Source: an uncultured Thermoprotei archaeon (GTDB lineage: Archaea > Thermoproteota > Thermoprotei > Thermofilales > B15-G2). Taken from it: a stretch of DNA of 64,000 bases. A program made the translations under genes and the position numbers. Below the pieces are notes generated by a model. It ran no database searches, had not been told where the DNA came from, and saw only the letters and a list, made by a program, of their open reading frames with translations. Shown piece after piece: positions 57,589-64,000 of the stretch. The stretch covers positions 32,001 through 96,000 of the forward strand of contig CBDUKN010000004.1 in the NCBI GenBank assembly GCA_965367815.1. The letters are read 5' to 3'. Every line of letters starts with the position of its first letter. Position 1 is the first letter of the stretch.

Positions 57589-57984
57589 AGTCATTTTTGA
57601 CCCGCATTTTGGACAGATGAAGGGATATTTTTTACCGCATTTAGGACATACTAATGAGTTTTCTTCCATGGGTGCGCCGCAGTAAATGCATATGCTTGGC
57701 ACAAAGTTGATGTATTTTTTACTTAAATATGCTTGTGTAAATTTTTCTTCATTGTAAATAAGGTAGTATCCTAGTTTTCCTCTGAGGGCAGCGTTTAGGT
57801 CTTTTAAAACCTTTTCTTTTATGTCTTCATTTGGAAGCAGATACTTTGCTCTAATAGTGTCTAATCCTATGTCACTAGATACTTCAATAGAGGCATTAAG
57901 TCTTGATAAAGAATACTTTTCTTCGAGAATTTCTTTTATCTTACTGAATTCTCTCCTAGGGACTATCACTTCGAGTACTTTCAC
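57550..57984 (-). CDS. Double zinc-ribbon protein
   Basis: CIYCG, CPKCG, CPKCG, CVKCG. Confidence 0.8.
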   Translation of the reverse strand: MKVLEVIVPRREFSKIKEILEEKYSLSRLNASIEVSSDIGLDTIRAKYLLPNEDIKEKVLKDLNAALRGKLGYYLIYNEEKFTQAYLSKKYINFVPSICIYCGAPMEENSLVCPKCGKKYPFICPKCGSKMTLAKVCVKCGFKL

Positions 57985-58019
57985 TAAAATTAAATACTGA
58001 AAATAAAGTTAATAAGTGT

Positions 58020-58310
58020 ATGGTATTTAGGCTCAGGGACTTCTTCAACAAAATTAAGTGGGATTCTAGAGAAAATCCTGGAGACTACGTAGTAATATTT
58101 CTTTCGAGAGGAGCTCCTGGAGACCGTGAAGAGGTATCGCTAGATCGCTTAATTAAGGTGTATCACAGAGGCTTTGAGGTACTCTCAGATAGAGGTGTAA
58201 AGTATATACCTTTTCACCGGGTTATAAGGATAGTTAATGTTAAAGAAGGAAAAATAATTTTTAGTAGTCCGAGACTTGATAAACGGGATGACGAGGCTCG
58301 AAAGGGATGA
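58020..58310 (+). CDS. DUF504/UPF0248 (MJ1316-like) protein
   Basis: R...NKIKWD, RGAP, IPFHRV..I. Confidence 0.88.
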   Translation: MVFRLRDFFNKIKWDSRENPGDYVVIFLSRGAPGDREEVSLDRLIKVYHRGFEVLSDRGVKYIPFHRVIRIVNVKEGKIIFSSPRLDKRDDEARKG

Positions 58311-58337
58311 TCTGATGATTACCCCGCGCAGGGCTGA
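58285..58337 (+). ncRNA. C/D-box sRNA overlapping the DUF504 3' end; D' guide complementary to the tRNA-Glu(UUC) anticodon loop
   Basis: C-like GGGATGA 58285-58291, D' ATGA 58307-58310, C' CTGATGA 58312-58318, D CTGA 58334-58337; guide GGCTCGAAAGG is the reverse complement of CCUUUCGAGCC. Confidence 0.8.
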
Positions 58338-58339
58338 CC

Positions 58340-58774
58340 TTACTCTACTCTTATTTCGTGACCATAGCTCTTTTTCGGCAGGTCTAGAATCAGTATTCCT
58401 CTCTTAAAGGTCGCTGAAGCTTTTTTCGGGTCTATTTCATGAGGCAATCTGATAACTTTCCTGTATGCAGAGAACTCTGTTTTCTTGATGTTTGAAAGAA
58501 GATCCGAGGTACTCACTTTACGATACATTTGTGCTTCAACAATAACTGTGTCTTCAGTGAGCTTGATGTTAATATTGTTCTTGTCTCTTACATAGGGTAA
58601 GTCTATTGTCACTATGTAGCGGTCAGGTAATTCTCTTACTTCAGCGAGCGGCTCTATGCATTCAGTCCAATGGTCTCCCATTAGCTCTTCTGCAAATTGC
58701 CGCTCTATATATTCTACGAACTCATCTACTTCTCTTTTAAGTCTCCTAATTATTTCGAAGAACTCGTAGGACAT
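58340..58774 (-). CDS. hsp20: Small heat-shock protein Hsp20
   Basis: EPL..V, DLP.V, I.LP..IDP..A.A.F..GIL...LPK; ATG 58774 after SD GAGGTGA. Confidence 0.9.
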   Translation of the reverse strand: MSYEFFEIIRRLKREVDEFVEYIERQFAEELMGDHWTECIEPLAEVRELPDRYIVTIDLPYVRDKNNINIKLTEDTVIVEAQMYRKVSTSDLLSNIKKTEFSAYRKVIRLPHEIDPKKASATFKRGILILDLPKKSYGHEIRVE

Positions 58775-58787
58775 TATCTCACCTCTG

Positions 58788-59543
58788 CTATACATATGTT
58801 AAGGGAGGAGTATATTCGTATGATTTTTGAGCATGTTTAAATGTTTCAATAGTTCTTTTCATGAGTTCTTTCAGCTTAATTCTATACTCTTCTTCCTGCT
58901 CTACTAGGGGCTTTAAATCTATATCTATGTTGAAGATTTTACTAAATGTTTCTAAAACTGATGCTGCGGCTCCTGGGTCAGGATACTGTAAGTGAGATTC
59001 TGCAAGTAGAGCGATACATGATGTTTTCTTTTTCATTCGTTCCTTGAGTAGAAGTGCATAGTATCCTGCCATAAATCCCTCTTTAAGGAGTTTGACATTG
59101 TTTTTTCTTAGAAAGTCTCTGTCTTCTTCTGTTGCTCCAATGCCATAAACTTTTGGTTTTTCTATATCAATTCTATTTGGCACAGGGATTCCTCCAAAAG
59201 TAATTACTGTTTTGACGGCTTTTTCCTCAGCCCAGTCGGCGATTCTTTTGGCTAAGTGACGTAGAGCTTCAAGAGGTAGAGCTATTTCTGATAAAACTAC
59301 TGTTAAATTATCTTTAATATATATTCTCACTGGCGAAAGAGGACGTTCTTTATGGAGGACTATTATAGGAGGGAAAAGTGCTGAATCAAGATATCCAGCA
59401 TATTTCATGTCTAACTTTTCTACGAGATATGAGGAAGCTATAGCTCCTACAAGCCCTACATCCGGCAGGCAGTTGATTAATATAGAATTTTTTGGTATTT
59501 TTTCTTCCTCAACAATGAGGATTTTTTCCATACAATTGTACAC
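58788..59543 (-). CDS. Proteasome assembly chaperone (PAC2 family)
   Basis: PDVGLVG.IA, PP, P.RIY, YPDP.AAA; true start may be 59531. Confidence 0.9.
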   Translation of the reverse strand: MYNCMEKILIVEEEKIPKNSILINCLPDVGLVGAIASSYLVEKLDMKYAGYLDSALFPPIIVLHKERPLSPVRIYIKDNLTVVLSEIALPLEALRHLAKRIADWAEEKAVKTVITFGGIPVPNRIDIEKPKVYGIGATEEDRDFLRKNNVKLLKEGFMAGYYALLLKERMKKKTSCIALLAESHLQYPDPGAAASVLETFSKIFNIDIDLKPLVEQEEEYRIKLKELMKRTIETFKHAQKSYEYTPPLTYV

Positions 59544-59588
59544 TAGTTGAGAGATAATAAAACTTTTTGTTGAAATCTTTTGGTACGC

Positions 59589-60275
59589 TTAAGATTTTTT
59601 CTTATCCGTTAGATACCCGTCGATTCCGGGATACTTTGTGTCTAAGATTTCTATAATTTTCTTAATTCTCTCTGAACCGAGGCCTACTTTTCTAAGTTCA
59701 TAAGGATGAGCTGTGAAAAATTTTCTTGGACAACCAAAAAACTCAAGGATTCTTTCAGCTAATGCCGGCCCTATTCCAGGAATAGCTGTAAGTAGGCCTA
59801 TTTGGGCGTCCTTTACAGTTTTGTATATTTTAATATGTTTAGTTTTAACTGATATCGCTTTGACCGAATTTTTCTGTTTTTTCTGAGCTTTACGTAATAG
59901 GGATAGAATTACGTAAGCTGTTTCTTCTTGGTCACTAGTGTACACCACAGGAACTTTTAGCAGAGCAAGCGAAGCTAAAGCACCTAAAATCTGTTGTTTT
60001 TTCACGAGGCGGTCTTCTAGAACTGAATCTATGTTTCCCTCTATAATTACTATTGGATTTTCGTAATACTTTTTCATATATGTTATTTGTTTGAATAAAC
60101 GTTTATCTATTATTGAGTTTATAAAGTCGTTGGCAGTTTTTCTTTCTACTATAATGTCGTCTGAAATTAAGTAATCTCCTACGGGTAGTCTTTTGACTTC
60201 TACATATACTTTCATTTTTCTAAGATAGTCTATAACTCCACTACTCTCCTCTCTGTCGTCAGCTATGACTTTCAT
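59589..60275 (-). CDS. xpf: Short crenarchaeal XPF/ERCC4 nuclease
   Basis: DDRE, L.VGDY, VERKT..D...SI.D.RLF.Q, HhH IPGIG. Confidence 0.93.
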   Translation of the reverse strand: MKVIADDREESSGVIDYLRKMKVYVEVKRLPVGDYLISDDIIVERKTANDFINSIIDKRLFKQITYMKKYYENPIVIIEGNIDSVLEDRLVKKQQILGALASLALLKVPVVYTSDQEETAYVILSLLRKAQKKQKNSVKAISVKTKHIKIYKTVKDAQIGLLTAIPGIGPALAERILEFFGCPRKFFTAHPYELRKVGLGSERIKKIIEILDTKYPGIDGYLTDKKKS

Positions 60276-60286
60276 AGGATTACGCC

Positions 60287-61519
60287 TTAGCTCTGTTGTT
60301 TTTTACCTCTTCCTAGTCTTATGTGTGACTCAGCGAGCTGTCTTGTAGCTAGAACCGCTAATAAGTTTAGTTCGCCTGCCAGAACCGCCGAAGCTATAAT
60401 CTCGGCTAACTTAATAGCATTTGTTCCAGGAGGGTCTCCGGAGCCTTCACAGCCTAATAGTCGAAGAGCCTCTCTTTGAGTAGGAAGTCTTGTACCTCCA
60501 CCCACTGTTCCTACTTCAAGCGAGGGAAGAGTTACACTGATGTAGAGACTTTTGCCCCGCACTTCTGTCCACGTTATACCCATAGAGCTTTCAACTATTT
60601 GGGCGCAGTCTTGTCCTGTTGCTATATAAATAGCGGCGATAATATTGGCTATATGTGCATTAAAGCCTAATGATACTGCTCTCGCGGAGCCTAGGAGATT
60701 TTTCCTAACGTTTACTTCGTGTATGGCTTCAGCTGTAGTGTGTAAAACCTTATTTAGCACATCTTCACTTATTTCTGCCTCAGCGACTACAGTTTTGCCT
60801 CTTCCCAGAAGAAAGTTTACTGCGCATGGTTTTTTGTCTACACACATATTTCCACTTATTGCTATGCATTCTGCACCCGGATAGTGTTCCTCTATGTACT
60901 TTACTGCTTGAGTTGTAGCTATAGTGACCATGTTCATGCCCATGGCGTCTCCTGTCTTAAACTTGAATCTAAGCCAAACATTGTTGCCTGCTATGAAGGG
61001 CTCTATACCTATAAGTTTCCCATGCCTAGTTGTGCGCTCAGCTTCGTGTTTTATTTCCTCGAAATGCTCATTAATCCAGTTAATGAAGTCTATCGCTTTG
61101 ACAACTGAAGATAGCTTAAAAAGAGGAGCTCGAGTCATGTTGTCGCTAATCACTCTCGCCCGCGCTCCTCCAGAGAGAGTTATAGCTTTGCATCCTCTAT
61201 TGATCGAAGCTATTAAAGCTCCTTCGGTTGTTGCAAGGGGTATATAGTACTCTCCTTTAGCATATTCACCCTTTACGAGAAGAGGTCCTGCTACCCCTAA
61301 AGGTATTTGAGTTACTCCTATTGTATTTTCGCAATTTCTGCCTACTACTGTATTAAAGTCTATGGAGTATGTACCTATATTAGTGAGGTCTACCGAAAGC
61401 TTTATTTCGAGAAATTTTTTTCGATACTTTGTTGCTTTGTTGGAGTCCCCAAGTATTTTATCTAGTTCATGAAGTTTAATAGTGCCGGTCAATAACTTGT
61501 TCAATATCTCGTCTGTCAT
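60287..61519 (-). CDS. hmgA: HMG-CoA reductase (NADPH, class I)
   Basis: [41 protein letters not shown]. Confidence 0.97.
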   Translation of the reverse strand: MTDEILNKLLTGTIKLHELDKILGDSNKATKYRKKFLEIKLSVDLTNIGTYSIDFNTVVGRNCENTIGVTQIPLGVAGPLLVKGEYAKGEYYIPLATTEGALIASINRGCKAITLSGGARARVISDNMTRAPLFKLSSVVKAIDFINWINEHFEEIKHEAERTTRHGKLIGIEPFIAGNNVWLRFKFKTGDAMGMNMVTIATTQAVKYIEEHYPGAECIAISGNMCVDKKPCAVNFLLGRGKTVVAEAEISEDVLNKVLHTTAEAIHEVNVRKNLLGSARAVSLGFNAHIANIIAAIYIATGQDCAQIVESSMGITWTEVRGKSLYISVTLPSLEVGTVGGGTRLPTQREALRLLGCEGSGDPPGTNAIKLAEIIASAVLAGELNLLAVLATRQLAESHIRLGRGKKQQS

Positions 61520-61591
61520 TATAGAAAATCACAACTATAGTAGATTTAAGTTTTTTTAGCTATTTTTATAAGGCATAGAGAAGCATGAATA

Positions 61592-62608
61592 GTGATGTCA
61601 TCTCTTAAGGTGGCTATACTTGGCGCAGGATATATGGGGCAAGTTCACGCCAAGAGCTGGAGCAAGATACCGTACATTGAAGTAAAACTAGTTTATTCTC
61701 GAACACTAGAGAAAGCGAAAAAACTAGCAGAGAAATATAGTGCTGAATACACTGCGTCTTGGAAAGAGGCGGTTAGTCGAAGTGACATAGATATAGTCGA
61801 CATATGTCTTCCTACATTTTTACACAAAGATGTGGCTATCGAGGCTCTTTCTCGGGAGAAGCATGTGTTGCTTGAAAAACCTATGGCTGTAAACTTGGAA
61901 GAAGCCTATGAAATAATCGAGGCTGCTAAAAGATCTAAGGCAAAGATAATGGTAGCACACTGTCTACGCTTTTTTCCAGAATACTCTAAGATAAAAAGAA
62001 AGGTAGATGAAGGAGTTCTCGGAGAAGTTTTCTCAGTCAGAGCATTTAGGCAGAGCTCTTTCCCAGCTTGGGGAAGCGAAGCATGGTTTAAAGACCCCGA
62101 GAAAAGTGCTACGTTTTTTGCAGATTTACTGATACATGATTTCGATTACATTAGATGGCTTATTTCAGCAGAGCCTAAAAGAATTGTAGCCCGATTTATT
62201 CCTCGGCCTGTTCACAGTTTTGTCAGGCCAGCAGACTATGGCGTAGCGAAAATATTCTTTGAAAATAAGGTAGTAGCTCACGTAGAAGGTGGATGGGCCA
62301 TGCCAAATTCGTGGATATTTACGATGGCTATTGAAGTTTACGGAGAGAAAGGAGTTCTCGAGTATAACAGCGTTTCATCTCTTCCACTACTGATATATAA
62401 GCATGAGGGTATAGAACCTGCAAGACCTGATTTAAGTCTAGGCTACGAACTTGAAATAAAGCACTTCGCAGAATGTGTAGACAAAAATAAAGAGCCTGCA
62501 GTAACGTTATTCGATGCATATAAGGCTTTAGAAATGTCTCTGGCAGCCTATAAATCTGCTTTAATGAGAGAACCTGTATCATTACCCTTGCGTGAGGTGA
62601 AAGAATGA
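61592..62608 (+). CDS. Gfo/Idh/MocA family oxidoreductase
   Basis: ILGAGYMG..H, PT..H, LEKPMA, DL.IHDFD. Confidence 0.92.
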   Translation: MMSSLKVAILGAGYMGQVHAKSWSKIPYIEVKLVYSRTLEKAKKLAEKYSAEYTASWKEAVSRSDIDIVDICLPTFLHKDVAIEALSREKHVLLEKPMAVNLEEAYEIIEAAKRSKAKIMVAHCLRFFPEYSKIKRKVDEGVLGEVFSVRAFRQSSFPAWGSEAWFKDPEKSATFFADLLIHDFDYIRWLISAEPKRIVARFIPRPVHSFVRPADYGVAKIFFENKVVAHVEGGWAMPNSWIFTMAIEVYGEKGVLEYNSVSSLPLLIYKHEGIEPARPDLSLGYELEIKHFAECVDKNKEPAVTLFDAYKALEMSLAAYKSALMREPVSLPLREVKE

Positions 62609-63495
62609 GAATGAAAGTAGGAGTATTTTCGTTTAACAGAAGTCCTGCGGAAGAAATAGTTAATGGACTTATTGCTAGAAACGATGTATCAGAAATTCAT
62701 ATGCTTAAAGAAGACTACATTAAGGGAAGAAACAGTATATCTGATGTAACTAAGATTAATGTTCATGAAGACTATGATAGCCTATTAAGAAAAGTAGACG
62801 TTGTTGTTGCGATTTTAGCTAAATTAAAAGACTATGAAATATTATCAGAGGCACTAAGTCGCGGCAAACTAGCATTAATTGAAGGACCCTTAGCTTTAGA
62901 TAGAGACAAATTTGAAGAAATCGCTAAAAGGAGGGAGTTGATATATATTCCTAGGGTATTGGACTTCAATCCCTACTTAAAAGAATTAGTAAATGTTAAG
63001 CGGAATATAGGGGAAATTCTTTCAGTGTCTATTTTAACGAGGGTAAAAATACTTGATGAAGGGAGTTCGGCAGAATTAGCACTGAGTGCGTTATATAGAA
63101 GTCTCGAAGCGGTCTACGCTTTTCTTGAAACTGAAATAAGGGATGTAGTATGTGCAGAGAAAACTAAAGACGAGTCGCTTATGGTTCTTCTTGAGAGTAG
63201 TACTGGAACTGTAGTAAGCATCGATGTTTTCTTAACAAAAATGATTAGCGATATGAAAGTAGTTGTAGTAGGGTCGGAGGGCTCTGCTACTTTAGATACA
63301 TCAAAGCAAATTTTCAAAATTTGTACAGAGAAAGAGACACAAAGTGAGTTCTTTGGCCCCGAAGTATACAGTAATTTTCTTGAATACTTCTTTGGGGCAG
63401 TTTCTAGAGGTAGTAAACCGAAAATAGACATAGATTACGTGAAGAGAGTTAATGAAATAATATTTAGGGTTAGAGAATTACTTAAAAGAATCTAA
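62605..63495 (+). CDS. Degenerate Gfo/Idh/MocA-like protein
   Basis: Fold remnants (ALSRGK...IEGPLA, FNP, V.GSEG) but GxGxxG, EKP and the catalytic His are lost; ATGA-coupled to the previous gene. Confidence 0.65.
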   Translation: MRMKVGVFSFNRSPAEEIVNGLIARNDVSEIHMLKEDYIKGRNSISDVTKINVHEDYDSLLRKVDVVVAILAKLKDYEILSEALSRGKLALIEGPLALDRDKFEEIAKRRELIYIPRVLDFNPYLKELVNVKRNIGEILSVSILTRVKILDEGSSAELALSALYRSLEAVYAFLETEIRDVVCAEKTKDESLMVLLESSTGTVVSIDVFLTKMISDMKVVVVGSEGSATLDTSKQIFKICTEKETQSEFFGPEVYSNFLEYFFGAVSRGSKPKIDIDYVKRVNEIIFRVRELLKRI

Positions 63496-63906
63496 AGGAA
63501 CAGTTTTGTCAGCTAATGCACAAAGGTCCCTTAGAGTTAGTGCTTTATTTAATTTATCTAAAGTTACTTTGTAGCTTTCAGGAGTCTCTTCTAGATCCTC
63601 GACTCTTATAAATCTCCATTTTTTATTAGCTTTTGTTCTAATGGCTATTAATGCATACCCACCGGCTCTTTCAGCGAAGTCTTTTAATTTAGAAATTTTG
63701 TCTTTCTCTAAGTATATTGTTCTATCTCCTTTTCTATACTTTATCTCAAATATAAATATTATCCTATTCTTTAGAGCTACAAGATCCGGGCAAAACCTTT
63801 TCCTTAATCTAGCTCCGCTAGCAGGGCCTCTTATACAGGCAAATCCTCTATCCCAGAGTATTTGTGCAAGTTCTCTTTCAGCCCTTATTCCCTTTCCTCG
63901 TGGCAT
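63478..63906 (-). CDS. hjc: Holliday junction resolvase Hjc
   Basis: G..AEREL...L...GFA..R.PASG, PD..A, EIK; start probably ATG 63906. Confidence 0.93.
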   Translation of the reverse strand: MPRGKGIRAERELAQILWDRGFACIRGPASGARLRKRFCPDLVALKNRIIFIFEIKYRKGDRTIYLEKDKISKLKDFAERAGGYALIAIRTKANKKWRFIRVEDLEETPESYKVTLDKLNKALTLRDLCALADKTVPLDSFK

Positions 63907-63953
63907 GTTATTCAAATAACTTTTTTATGTTTTCTTCGTAAGGAGGATACACT

Positions 63954-64000
63954 ATGCCTTTCTCTGTAATTATAGCTGAAACTTTATCTGGCGGAGTTAT
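63954..64000 (+). CDS. Start of a CDS running off the window
   Basis: SD AGGAGG then ATG; MPFSVIIAETLSGGV open to the end. Confidence 0.5.
   Translation, partial: MPFSVIIAETLSGGV

Noticed and set aside
767-63919. Many 60-170 aa ORFs antisense to or inside core genes (e.g. 8367..8876, 10829..11284, 26004..26519, 46580..47044)
   Set aside because: Shadow frames of well-supported genes, with Ser/Phe/Leu-rich antisense composition and no motifs.
1-64000. CRISPR array, tRNA or rRNA genes
   Set aside because: No regularly spaced repeats, cloverleaf or T-loop context, or rRNA-like GC-rich stretch seen by eye. Intron-split tRNAs cannot be fully excluded without tRNAscan-SE.

Overview
Gene-dense, AT-rich archaeal chromosome segment, most likely an uncultured Thermoproteota (crenarchaeal) genome. 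This assignment is inferred from rps30e, rpl13e, rpl35ae, GatDE, a short XPF, Hjc and a Thermofilum/Thermoproteales-type S-layer-like protein. Most of the roughly 62 CDS are housekeeping genes for tRNA/rRNA modification, translation, DNA repair, and nucleotide and isoprenoid metabolism. No rRNA, tRNA or CRISPR array was seen. Non-coding signals are three C/D-box sRNAs, two of which have guides that fit the wobble U34 of tRNA-Val(UAC) and tRNA-Glu(UUC), a GC-rich hairpin with a uORF in front of a Zn-finger gene, and two structured RNAs that bracket a decayed IS200/IS605-type tnpB and can pair with each other. The strongest leads are: (i) this possibly bipartite or looped-out TnpB RNA; (ii) an ATPase-dead RadA paralog next to radA that shares a 144-bp identical segment covering the FxxA polymerisation motif; (iii) a Cys-rich 1809-aa S-layer-like protein followed by a propeller-PEGA-thioredoxin-(dead) archaeosortase-like fusion. 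All family calls come from motif recognition by eye, with no database searches.
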